A stretch of 64,000 nucleotides of DNA from Marsupella aquatica (lineage: Eukaryota; Plantae; Marchantiophyta), in contig OZ316899.1 in the NCBI GenBank assembly GCA_973895155.1, positions 16,738,246 through 16,802,245 of the forward strand, written 5' to 3'. Position 1 is the stretch's first letter; each line of letters opens with the position of its first letter. The notes under the pieces were generated by a model. The model was given only the letters and a program-made list of their open reading frames with translations, ran no database searches and had not been told where the DNA came from. Made by a program: the position numbers and the translations under genes. Below are positions 13,704 to 24,584 of the stretch, one piece after another.

Positions 13704-14953
13704 CCAATCTCTCCGGTGAACTTGACCAGCCCCTTATCAGCTGCTTCCTTTAGATCCTGACATTCCCTCTTGTCATGATCCTTACTATCGCACCACATGC
13801 ATGGCCAACTTAGGGTCTCTTGCCTCCTCCCTGGGAAACTTCCAGCCTTTGGCTTCAGATCCTCAGCCAAATGCGAAGTCAGGATTTTCAGGTTTTGCAT
13901 CATTTCCGCAAGATAATCTATTACCGGCAATACTTCCTCCTTAGCTAGTTCCCATTTTGCCTTAGCCAACAATGGTTCAGGCACCTTTAGCTCATGAGTC
14001 GTAGCTTCCTTGTCCAACTCTCGCCTCCGGTGCCGATTGCTCACTTTTGACACCGCCTTTTCCACTTGGTTCCAATCGTTTGACAAGGTCACCCTAGTTG
14101 GCTCCAGTAGCTCCATCGCATTTTCCAGTTCCTCCTTGAGATCCTCATCCGCTGCTCTCAAGAAGAGAGTGGAGCGCTACATCTCAATGATCCCAACATC
14201 CCTCTTTGGTAATTGGGACACCTTATGCTTGAATTCTCTTAACAACTCTTGCGGACCTTTCAGCTTCTTATTATGATCATTCACCCAATCAAGAAACGTG
14301 GCTTGAGTGACTCTATCAGCATCCTTAGCTTGGAACTCCTCTTTCATCCTGGAATCAAAATCTTCTCAATTCTCATCCGATTCAATGATCGACTTTACCG
14401 TGGAGGTTAGCTCTGGCTCCACCAAAACAAGGAACTCCTTCATGGCTGTATCCTCATTGAACTTATAGACAGTTGCTTCTGTCAGGTAACTCTTCAGGTA
14501 GTTACTTGTTACGTTCCTTCCATCAAATTGCCCTTTTACTTTCAAAACCTCTTGGAGACAACAAGTTGTTCTGCCCGCATCTTTGTTCTCCTTCTTGTGG
14601 TGCGTCCCATGGCTCCCTAAACCCAAGAAACCCCCCAGCTCAAGCCGATTCCCGCAGGTTTCGCGCTTGGCGAGGCCGTTTCCGCGGCTTAGCGGCATGG
14701 GACGCTGCTAACCTTCTACTACTACTATTAACATTTTACACACATATACTGGACAGATCCTTCATCGGGTCATGAGATACGTAGCCGGCCTAATATAGGC
14801 CTTCCCCTGTCTTCCCCTGTCTTCCCCTCCGTCTTGTTAGGTATGTTTGGATTCCGCCGCCGGAATGATCCCCAATAGGCTTGGTTAAGCCGCTAAGACC
14901 TCTCTCAGCTCGACACATCCAACTCTCACTCCCCTGCTTACTTTCCTTCCTTC
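13704..14953 (-). pseudogene. gag: gag middle part of element A
   Basis: GQFDGRNVT..YL motif and CCHC zinc knuckle CMWCDSKDHDKREC; disrupted by stops and frameshifts. Confidence 0.8.
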
Positions 14954-17900
14954 TGTTGATGTGGGCACTCTTCACACAAGTTAATGCGACACACAAATAG
15001 CAAAATGACTCATTCTGACTGAGTCATACCATGCACTTGCCATACAAACAGTACATCTCATACACAAGTTCTGCGAACTAAGCCGTGAGGCCAACTCTAT
15101 TCAGCTCTTAGGCATGAGGAAACATGAATATACACAAGGGTCACTGTATGACTAACCGAGAGCTTCTCGTACTACTTGATCCCAGCCCGGCTGGTGCAAA
15201 CTAAAAACTTGCTAAAGAAGAGGCCCTGAGCTCCCCGCTGCCCAGGTACTTATCCTGGTAGTGGATCCGCCATTCTTTGCATCGTAAGCCTAATCTACTT
15301 AACAGTAATCTACTTGCCCGAATCTACCTATGTACAGCAAGGCAGGAGCACAAGTGTTGCTCCTACCAGTGGGACCGCAATCCCACTAAGCTAAGTGTCA
15401 GGGCCGCTCCTGGTTCTGATCCTAATCCTAAACGTGGAGATCCGTGCCCGCCCTGCCCACTCACGCCTCCTCCCTCCACGTCCGCCCTCCCTAAAAGGAA
15501 CGGCGCCCTTGCACCGTCACGACACCGGTGGTGGATCCTCAATGGACGCCCCCAACACTTCCTCCTCAGCCACTGCCGTTGGCCCGCCTACTGACAGATT
15601 ACCTGCCCTTGACCGAGTCAACTCTCCCTCGGCCTGACTGGGTCCACCTTCGGCTTCAGCCTCGACACCGGCCTCGGCAATACCCACGGCTTTGGCTTCA
15701 GCCACACCCACGGCTTCGGCTTCAGCCACTCCCTCGGCTTCGGCCTCCCCTTCCCCTAGGGTAGTTGGATCCTTAGCTGTGACCCTGTCTGGGGTCGGTG
15801 CCGGGTCTACCTCCTTGATCACCACGGCCTGTGAAGTCGTATTACTCCTTGACCCTGAAGGTTTCCGCTTCTTCTTCGTTGGTGGCTCGGCAGCTGGTCC
15901 CTTCCCCTTCCCACTTACCTCCGGCACTGGTGCAGGTGGCGCGGCTTGTCCTTCGGCAATTACCACCCCTGGTAACTGGTTTGTCCCAACAGGAGATGGA
16001 CCTGCTGCAGCTAAGCATTTAAATACTGCGGCTTGTTTCTTCAGCCGCTCTGTTTGGTTGTCGGCCCGCCGCTGTAGGTTCTCCATCTTCCTCGTGATTT
16101 CCTCCAACTCCTCTTGGGTTTCATCCAGGTCCTTACGTGCCCCCTCCAGCTCGTTTTTGGCCTCCTCCTGCTCCCTGTGGGCTTCCTCCAATTCCTTCTT
16201 CAAGGTAGCCTTCTCCTCCTGGGTTGCTCTTAGCTCCTTGTCGAGCTCTGCAATGATGACAGACTCCATCTGGTTCATCTTGGCGTAAGTCTGTTTGAGC
16301 ATCTCGTCCTTCTCCCTTAGGTCGGCCTTGAAGCTGGCCGTCAGGGATGCAAGCTCCTGCTGCAGCGCCATAATCCCTTGATAGGATTTCCCTAACTCGA
16401 CCTCCTTCTGCTCAAGGGCTCCGCGGATTTTCTCGAGCTCCCCTTTCAACGCCCATTCCTTTCTTTGAGTCTCCGCCATGGCCCGGCTGTTGGCTGTTAT
16501 GTGGGCCTCCTCTGTATTCTTCAGCTCTTGCTTCCACTTTTCCCTTTCTTTGATCGTGTCGGCCAACTCTTCCTGCGTCTGAGTCAGTTTATCCTTGATA
16601 TTCTGATTATCAGCCTGCGCGGCGTCCAACTGCCCCTGCATGATGTTCAGCTCATGTCGTTTAATCCGCAGTTCATCTTGGGCTTTCTTGGCCGCCCTTA
16701 GATCTTCAATCTCGGCTTCCATCCTCCTAAGCCGCCGAATGACCTCGTCCTTCTTGCTTCTCTCTAAAGCCACCGCTTCTTCTAATTGGTGCTTCTCCAA
16801 CTGCTCCCTATGGAAAAAGGGTCCTACCTCCAACTCCTCTCCAAAGATGCCGAGCGCAAGTTCCCCACACATCTCACCATACTCCATGGCTCTATTCTTA
16901 GCGTAGGTGGAGTAAGTAGAAGTGATCGGCATCGCCCATCGTGGCCTCTGCTCCCAAGCCGTCCTGCGGATCTCTTCAATCGTGGCTAGAGGCTTGCTTC
17001 CTTTTTCGGCTAGCCGCCTGATGTCCTCCGGCCAATCTCCTCCTGGTAAATCCTTTTCCTTAGCCAGGGCGGCCTCTTCCTCCTGCTTGATTCGCTCCTG
17101 AAATTCCTGCACCGTCTGTTTTATGCCGTCGAAGCTCGGGGGAGCAACATCTGGTGGGGGAGACTCAGGGCTACTCTGCTGGTTGGGGTCCCCTCGCACT
17201 ACCCTTGGAAGTGTGGGGACAAACCGGCCACAGGTCCTTACTCCTGGAACGTGATGGTCCGACCCATAGCCGGAATTATCATGGCTGCAGTCCTCCACTG
17301 CCTCCTCTACCTCTTGGATTTTCGGCTTCTCCCTCTCCTCTTCCTCGGTAGGAGCTTCAGGCAATTCTGCCTCAGATTCGGAGCTTGAGGTTCCCACGTA
17401 CATTCGAACACCTGGCTTGGATTCCGGCCTGATTCTCTCGTCTCCAGCAAAGGGGTTTTCTCTTGTGAGCCGGTGTAGGCCTACCTCTGTAGTAGTGTCC
17501 GGCATTGTTGCCGTTGCCGTTGTTGTTGTTGTTGCCGATGCCGATTTCTTTTCTTTCTCCAGTAGTTTCAGCAGACTCTGCATGCCTGGTTGCTGCATCG
17601 GCAAGTCTTCCTTCCTGGGCCTAAACACCTGCTCGATCGTAGGACTAACAGGTGGTTGAGGCTTCTCAGCCAACGGCCTCGGCGTTGGAGCTTCCTCGGG
17701 TGCCCTTACCTGCAGGGGAAGTACCGGGGCAAAAGTCTGACCTCTGGCATACCGGCACAACAGCGGCATGTGATAGCCAAGCCGCGACACGCTCCCCATG
17801 CCGATTACCTGCTGCTCCTCCTTTAAGATCTTCTTCAATTGGTTGAGGAGGTACCCGTTGTAGTCCCGGCTTGGGTCTGGCCTTTCTGCCAGATAGACCT

Positions 17901-19258
17901 GTGCCTTGCCGATCTCTGCCCTCGGCAAGTTACAATGCATGGTCACCCGCAAGAAGTCGATCATCTCTCCTATGTGCGGGTTGGTGCAGGTGTTCCGGAA
18001 GAAGCCATTCTTCGTTGATGGCCCGGGGAACGACCGGAACTCCTTGTCAGGCAAGGTCTTCCTGGTATCAACTTTGGTCTTATTGCCCATCGGCAAGCCA
18101 AACACTTCGGCAATCACCTTGGGAGTAAGATAGAAATCCTTCCCATATATCCTCGTGCAATTGGTCTCGGGTTCCCATGACCCCACGAATTCTAATAGGT
18201 CTGACTCCGGTACCTCCGGCTTCAGCCATGGTAATCTTACAAAGGCCTCCAAGCCGGATCCGGCCATGAAGCCTTGGTACTTCTTGGTCTGCATGGCCGT
18301 AAAGCATGCATCCTCCTCCCGTGCAAAATGTAGTTGCACCTCCACCGGTAGGGTTGCCGCCCAGCCCTTCCAGGTGTCATCCCTGGTTGGAATGGCCTTG
18401 ATGGGATCGACCTCCTCCTCTTCGGCTTCTCCCTCTCTCCTGCTCTGCTGCTCGGCTGGCTTCTTTGGTGCCGTCGACCTCGTTCTTTTTGCCGGGGTGG
18501 CTTCATCGTTGACGGCTCCCTTCCTCTTCATCTCTGCTGCCGTGGAGGTTTCTCCTAGCACCGTTGCCTGGGTCCACCTTTCCGTGCTACCCTTTAATTC
18601 CCAGTGTATGTCGTTGCAGTTCTTGATGGCCTCTCGGATGCCGACGACACTGTCCTTGCAAAACAGAAGATCGTCGAGTTGATTGGAAGTAGGCGTCCAC
18701 AGGAACTCGTCCTTGATGAGTTCGCCTCCTAAGAAAGCCGTCTTCTGTAGCTCCCACAATCGAGCGAGCTCCTGCCGTTCTCGAGCTGCCCTTTCTGACT
18801 CCTCGTCCTCGTAAGTCTTGATGTACTCAGTCGCCCGTTCGAACAGGCATCCCCAGAAATGTGCCGCTTGATTGACGTTGCTCATACCCTCCTTAGGTTG
18901 ATCGTCGGTATCTACTCTCTCCCCGAGTGCTTGCCTAAGCAGCTGACAGTAGTTGGCCTCCCGTAGTCGTCTGCCTAGTTCGTGCTCGCAAATGAGCCAC
19001 TATTTCCTGCAAGCGCTCCTTACCCCTCTCCTTTGCCGGTCCTTCTTCCCGTTGATCCTTCCTAGCCGCCGACGCTTAACGCGCCCTAACCCTAATCGGG
19101 TTTTCACCCTCAGCCTTACCTCCGGCCTCTGCCCGGGTTCCATGGTTGCCCCTAATTGTTTATATTTTCCTTGTTTTGTCACTATACTAAGGTGTTCCTA
19201 GGGTGCCTTCCTGCTTTACCCACTTAACTGGCCGAGTGATTCCTGTCTAGGCATCACA
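14954..19258 (-). mobile_element. 4305-bp gene-carrying solo-LTR-like unit 'B1' inserted in gag of A
   Basis: Minus-strand termini TGTGATGCC...CATCAACA; TSD CTTC (14950-14953 and 19259-19262). The same terminus recurs at 30766 (minus) and 42670 (plus). Confidence 0.8.
15517..18885 (-). CDS. 1122-aa transposon-borne protein: PMD-like domain, acidic/Pro-rich linker, long coiled coil
   Basis: Uninterrupted ATG-started ORF. LEFVGSWEPETNCTRIYGKDFYLTPKVIAEVFGLPMG resembles the PMD consensus ERWRPETHTF...ITLEDV..LLGLP..G. Heptad-rich E/K/L region at about aa 700-960. Confidence 0.8.
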   Translation of the reverse strand: MSNVNQAAHFWGCLFERATEYIKTYEDEESERAARERQELARLWELQKTAFLGGELIKDEFLWTPTSNQLDDLLFCKDSVVGIREAIKNCNDIHWELKGSTERWTQATVLGETSTAAEMKRKGAVNDEATPAKRTRSTAPKKPAEQQSRREGEAEEEEVDPIKAIPTRDDTWKGWAATLPVEVQLHFAREEDACFTAMQTKKYQGFMAGSGLEAFVRLPWLKPEVPESDLLEFVGSWEPETNCTRIYGKDFYLTPKVIAEVFGLPMGNKTKVDTRKTLPDKEFRSFPGPSTKNGFFRNTCTNPHIGEMIDFLRVTMHCNLPRAEIGKAQVYLAERPDPSRDYNGYLLNQLKKILKEEQQVIGMGSVSRLGYHMPLLCRYARGQTFAPVLPLQVRAPEEAPTPRPLAEKPQPPVSPTIEQVFRPRKEDLPMQQPGMQSLLKLLEKEKKSASATTTTTATATMPDTTTEVGLHRLTRENPFAGDERIRPESKPGVRMYVGTSSSESEAELPEAPTEEEEREKPKIQEVEEAVEDCSHDNSGYGSDHHVPGVRTCGRFVPTLPRVVRGDPNQQSSPESPPPDVAPPSFDGIKQTVQEFQERIKQEEEAALAKEKDLPGGDWPEDIRRLAEKGSKPLATIEEIRRTAWEQRPRWAMPITSTYSTYAKNRAMEYGEMCGELALGIFGEELEVGPFFHREQLEKHQLEEAVALERSKKDEVIRRLRRMEAEIEDLRAAKKAQDELRIKRHELNIMQGQLDAAQADNQNIKDKLTQTQEELADTIKEREKWKQELKNTEEAHITANSRAMAETQRKEWALKGELEKIRGALEQKEVELGKSYQGIMALQQELASLTASFKADLREKDEMLKQTYAKMNQMESVIIAELDKELRATQEEKATLKKELEEAHREQEEAKNELEGARKDLDETQEELEEITRKMENLQRRADNQTERLKKQAAVFKCLAAAGPSPVGTNQLPGVVIAEGQAAPPAPVPEVSGKGKGPAAEPPTKKKRKPSGSRSNTTSQAVVIKEVDPAPTPDRVTAKDPTTLGEGEAEAEGVAEAEAVGVAEAKAVGIAEAGVEAEAEGGPSQAEGELTRSRAGNLSVGGPTAVAEEEVLGASIEDPPPVS

Positions 19259-19348
19259 CTTCTCAGCTTCAATCTCTTCCTTCCTTATACTCCGCATCAT
19301 CGTCATGACAATGCGGGAAATCCAATCAATCTCATCGCTCTCACCCAT
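19259..19348 (-). pseudogene. Probable gag N-terminus of element A
   Basis: ATG at 19348, about 40 bp after the 5' LTR/PBS (MGESDEIDWISRIV...). It joins 14953 once B1 is removed. Confidence 0.55.
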
Positions 19349-19389
19349 CTTGCCTAATCGCCCCAAGGTATCCCCAGTATGGTAGCCAA

Positions 19390-20203
19390 TGTCGTGTGGA
19401 CTGAATGTAGGGGTCACCTCAAGAAAACAAAATGTTTCTGGCTGCGATCCAGACAAGTGCTAAACACAATTTGGGGCCCAAACTCAAACACTTTACTTTT
19501 TGAAAATTTTGTGATCAATACAATGGGTGATTTTGGGCGGGTCACTCGTGAAAGTCTGATCTCTGACCCTTCGGTGGGCTACTATCTATCTTTCATCAAG
19601 CTATCGTCCTTCCAAGAGCTGTCAAGTTGGAAAATCCACAAAACTCAATTCCTCAAGTGCTCAAGCTCACAACTTCAATCCTACTTGAAATCTCTCAATT
19701 CGCATTGCCAATGATCCAACACTTAAGCTCGCTGGTTCACAATCGGTAACCTCTCAATCCTGAATCCAAAACTTCATAAAACAATTGACTCCCCTTGATT
19801 GAGCCAAAGCCCAGGCCTCAAATACACCTCAAAAGTAGCATCCCCGCCCAACGAGGCACCGCTAGGCGGGTTTAGAACTCAAAAGCCAGACTCTAGGTTG
19901 CCTGAAGACGAACCAACAGCCCTTCGCATTCCAATCGCAACCAACTCCCAACTCCTTAGTTTCCGTATGCTTGAAACTCACCAAAAACAAAACACCAATT
20001 GTCACTCAAAGTTGAGCTTAAAGTCAAAACAATTTGACCCCCTCGGTACTCGCAGCTCACTGGAAATGGAACACCAATTGACTCTTAGAGTTAGGCTCAA
20101 AGCCAAAACAATTCAACTTCTCAGCATTTGCAGCTCACTGAATACAAAACACCAATTGACTTCCTCATCCCCGGTCTTGGTACCAAAACGGTTTGTCACG
20201 ACA
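19390..20203 (-). repeat. 5' LTR of element A
   Basis: TGTCGTG...CACGACA terminal inverted repeat; direct repeat of 743-1556. Confidence 0.9.
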
Positions 20204-20256
20204 TCGTGCAATTCGTGGGTGGTGTGACGCCGCCAACACAACGGTTAATGATTGAT

Positions 20257-20592
20257 GGTTCCAAAGCCGATAGTTCCTCGGATAGGGCTTACCAAATTGA
20301 AGCTCTAGAAGAATCTCGACTACTAGCAGCCAGGCATGCGGGAAAGCAGCAAGCAGCTTCCAAGAAGCAACACGATAAGGGACTACAGAAGGTAGATGTC
20401 GTGACGGGCGACCTGGTCCTTCTGTACGACAGTAGGTACATGCAATTTCCCAGGAAGCTTCATACTCGCTAGATGGGCCCGTTCTTGGTCAATCAAATCT
20501 ACCCAAACGGATCTCTTGACCTCGCGACGTACGTCGGCGATTTACTTCCCACGCGAGTTAGTTACGATCGTGTGAAGAAGTACCATCACTAG
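20257..20592 (+). pseudogene. Gypsy integrase C-terminal (GPY/F region) remnant
   Basis: GDLVLLYDSRYMQFPRKLHTR*MGPFLVNQIYPNGSLDL...RVSYDRVKKYH*, followed by a weak purine tract (about 20637-20646) and the LTR start. Confidence 0.85.
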
Positions 20593-21110
20593 GACGATGA
20601 CGCCAATAGTGATGTTTGAAAGGACGCTTCACAATTAAGCAAGGAGCTATGTGACGCCGCTAGCACGGTGGTTAATGATTGATTTGGCCTATCTGTGCTT
20701 AGCACGCCCATTAGGGGCACCATAGGCCATAGTTATTAGCATAATGATACTAAGTAGGTATTACTTATGACTAGGGAATCATTAGTTAATAAGGGGCATT
20801 TACGTTTGGGATGGTGGCGGAGCGCCATTCGTACTCCCAGGTTACGAGCGTGTAAGGGGACACTTCGGGTCCGTATAACAAATTCTTGGAGGTGGCTGCT
20901 AACACGCTCTGAACCGGACCCGCAAGTGGCGAGTACACTATGAGCGTGAAAACCTCGGCCTATAGGAAGGAAGGAGGGGCCAGCCAAATGATGAGCCCTC
21001 AGAGTATAAAAGGAGGGCCATTCTCTTGTATTACACCCACACTCCATTCCGCGCGCCAGCTTTGATCTCAGCCACTCCGTCCCTCCTTAGTCGCCCACCA
21101 CCACTCCTGG

Positions 21111-23692
21111 ATGTCTGTCACGATATTGTCTAGTTTGGCCCTTCAATTTTGGTGTCCGTAGGGAGTCACTTAGCCAAGTCCTTAGCCAAAGTCAACCCGC
21201 GCCAATACGAGACCAAGCGAGCTTACGAGAGAGCCATTCGCTTAGCCGGCCGTAATCACTATAATGACAGCTTCGACCTCCCGTTTCAGAGTGAGCTTTG
21301 CCGAGTCGACGAAATCAGCGAGTACTTCTTCGTCGACGAGAAGTACGTCGGGTTCCGGGAAGCGCTTCTTCGGCTTCCAAACAAGGTTTACCATCTCTCG
21401 GGCACGATAGACTTGCAGCCGCACCACTACGACCATATCTCCGCCCAGGTTCAAGCCTCCATAGATAGTCAGTTTGGCCCTGCCCGAACAAGCGAGACTC
21501 CTATCTTAACGTCACTTGACTTCCCCAAGGACTTCCTGAATCTAATGGCGCCTCCCCCAGCTGCAACTGGCGCCCACCCATCCGTGTCTACGCCAACACC
21601 ACCCCGGCCTCAGCCAAGCCAATCTCCACCACTGGTCGCACCACCTCTCCGAGTGCAATCCATGGTAAATGCAGTGAATATTAGCTCCAAAGACAAGGAG
21701 GCTCACCCTCCTCTGAACCGACGGCCGCGGAATACAACTCACCAGGCGCCAAGCAACCCGACGCCACTCCAGCCAGCCCGAGGGGATAACATGGTGACTC
21801 TAGCGGCCCCGGTACCAATACTCACGGCAGTAGCACTACCGCCGCCCAACCGGGAGGATGGGGAGATGTGCCCCTCTTCTAGTCACCCCGGGAATCAGTC
21901 CTGGGGTAGAAAGAGAAAGGAACCCGCAACTATATCCGAGTTGCCTTTTGCCACAGTTGTAGTGGCCAAGCTAACCATGCATCACATGGTGGAGAACGTT
22001 CACAGGAACATCCTCCACCCCAAGCATGCATGCTATCTGAAGACCCAAGGGTTGGAGCACCTTGCCTGTCTTCCTTGGAATGGAAGTAGGTACTACGGGC
22101 AGGATATGACGGAGTTCATTCAGAACTTCGACGAGGCCCGTCAACAAACCCGGGGGCACGGGAGAGTGATGTGTCTCAATGAGGCACATTTGAAGATGAT
22201 TTTTGGCCTACCCGAGGGGATAAACCGGGTAGAGTCTCGGGCTCAGGGGGGCAAGGGAGCTAAATACCAATCCTCTAGCTTCCCGATCGAGGGAGCAGTG
22301 GACAACGGATTCTTGATGAGGACGTGCCTCATCCCGGAGGTAGCAGAACGCTTGGAGTTCCAGCGGTATGCCCTCCACATGATGAAACCACGGGGCAAAA
22401 TATCCACCGCTCAGGTCATACAAGTAGAGAACTTTCGGCCTAGGAGGTGGGCGTCCTTCTTCGTCAAGAAGTTCCATGAGGAGATGGAACGGAGAAGGAA
22501 GACCTTATACCTTGGCGGAAAGGCTACTTTGCGAGCCACATCGAGATCATCATCGAGTGGTCCGCCCATTTTGATCGCCAAAGCCTTCCCCATAGCAACA
22601 AGATGGAATTGACTCCGTCAAAGTGGGTGTTCCCGGCTTAGGAGAGGCGACCGCAGTCCAAGGCCCAAAAGCTGGTTGTCGCAAGACCTGCTTCCCCGAC
22701 CCAACCACCAGCCGCTACCGCCCCGCCAAGCGTACCCGTGGACGCAGTTATCGCAACCTTGGAAGTGATCAACTGGGTCAATGCAATCAAAGCCAGGCCA
22801 GCTAAGGCCAGACCCAAACCCGATACTACGGTGGCCAAGGAAATCTCGCCACCCCCCACGACTGTGCAAGAGAACCGACTAGTGGAACCAGCCCCTTCGA
22901 CTGACTTACCTCAAGGGCTGGATGTTTCCACTCCTACTCCCGTGCAAGATGGGGTCTGCCCATGCTCGAATCCAGATGGGCATAGTTTGGACCTTCCTGA
23001 ACTCTTTGCGTCGGGCACGTTTCTGAATGGGTTGTTTGGAGATTTCTCTCAACAAATTGCACGGGATACCGGGGAATACATGGCACGGAAGGTGGCCTAC
23101 TTCTTCAACCAGGAGTTGGTTGCGGCTATAAAGGCAGGACATGCGCAAGTTGAGACGACGCAAAGATTAGAGTGGTACTAGGTTGAGTCTGTCTACCTGA
23201 AGGACAAAGTGGCAGCCCTGGAGACTGAACTCCAGCAATTGTGACCTCTGGGTAACGGCCATGGAGGATCAGGGTGTCAAGGCCAGGGCCCGGGCAGCCT
23301 TAGCAGAGCAGGCCGGGCTTGGAAAGGACTTTGAGATTGCACGGCTCCGGACCATTGACGGTTGGAAGGGACAAGCCATCATTTGGCAAAAAGATCTGGA
23401 GGAAGCTGACTCTCGGTCTCAGTGGGACGCAACCGAGATAGACACCCTGAAGACAAAGGTGGCGCGGCTTCAAGGAGAAGCCACAAAGTAGGCCCAGTTG
23501 GTGGATGACGAGCAACGTCCGACAACTGGAGGAGACATGCCAGGAGGCCGCGGAGGAGACGGACGCGGCAAAGCGTGAGAACAAATCTTTGCTAGACCAG
23601 GTCAGCTACTCAAGCAGGATGTTGACAGGCTTAGGAGGCAGCCGGACAGCCGCTCCCACTCGAGCGTCTTTGACAAGCGTGCCAGGCATTAG
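21111..23692 (+). pseudogene. PMD-like + coiled-coil ORF inside LTR C1 (frameshifted)
   Basis: ORF pieces 21149-22612, 22738-23181, 23261-23491 and 23505-23714 are collinear with the C2 ORF. TATAAAA at 21005-21011. Confidence 0.82.
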
Positions 23693-24584
23693 TGGCAGAG
23701 TAGGATTAAAATAGAGTTAGGAGTAGCTAAATCGGGCTATAGGGACAAGCGCCTGCCCTAGTTAAAGCGGTGCTGCCATACTGTCCAGCCTGCATAGATT
23801 AGAATCTTCTAATAAGACAAGCCGTTTTCCAGCCTAACAGCCAGCTTAGTTAGGATCTTAGTTAGTGAATATTCGGGCTCGAGGCCACTCCGGTCCTTGG
23901 CCCTTAGTATTTAGTGCACCCCTCGGTAGAGGCAGGGGGTTTTTAGTCTCAGAGTTGGACATCCGCGGTATGTGCGAGGAGTCCCAACATTTGTGAGTGA
24001 AAGAGTACCAAGGGGAGGGGGTAGGACTAAGCTCGTTGGGCGAGTGCGGAGCTGGGCTCCGTTGTAGTGTACACCCTCGGCCTTGGACCTGTTCATTCAA
24101 GAGCTTTCAGGTCAACTAAGTGTACATGTATTTCCCCTATGTAGTAAAATCCTTTCCCATTATTTCCTTCGTGTAAATCAAGATTGTATGCTTGTGCGTG
24201 TGCATATGTGTGAATCTCGTGTATGGGTGCCAATGCTTGGCCGAATGCACTACTTGAGCCGTGCACGGGGTGCAGCTTGCGGGTAAGTGGTTGCGAGCAC
24301 GGGTTGAGTGACCATATCATCAAATCCGGATCAAAGGTGGACAACACAAAGGCTTAGAAGCCCGTAAGCTGGGGTTGATCCCGCTATCGACTAAGGTACG
24401 TTCCGACGGTGGAACACAAACCATACCTAGGAGGTGTCCGTAAGTAACAGTAGATGCACTTAGCGCTAGTTTACGTGAGTTAGGTGCATTCCGTGCTTCC
24501 CTCCCTGCCTGAACCGTCATATTTACGAAGGATGTGCCTGTCTAAGCCGAAGCCCGGGTTAAGACCTAGGCTGACGACGTGACA

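Larger units (their letters stand above)
743..20203 (-). mobile_element. Decayed Ty3/Gypsy LTR retrotransposon 'A' with nested insertions
   Basis: Two 814-bp LTRs; 4-bp TSD TCGT (739-742 and 20204-20207); PPT at 1557-1565; TGG-starting putative PBS at about 19371-19388; gag-PR-RT-RNaseH-INT order on the minus strand. Confidence 0.88.
20223..24584 (+). mobile_element. Internally deleted Gypsy element 'C1': 34-bp 5'-LTR stub + integrase 3' end + complete 3935-bp 3' LTR (20650-24584)
   Basis: 5-bp TSD GGTGG (20218-20222 and 24585-24589). 20223-20256 matches 20650-20683 at 29/34 bases, all differences being transitions. Termini TGTGACG...CGTGACA. Confidence 0.87.

Noticed and set aside
15517-18885. 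Retroviral env-like gene, or a host myosin/SMC-like gene
   Set aside because: No signal peptide, transmembrane segment, motor or ATPase motif; it is intronless and confined to a TSD-bounded repeat unit present in multiple copies.
19371-19388. Assigning the PBS of element A to a specific tRNA
   Set aside because: It starts with TGG at the right position, but I could not match it confidently to a known tRNA 3' end without a search.
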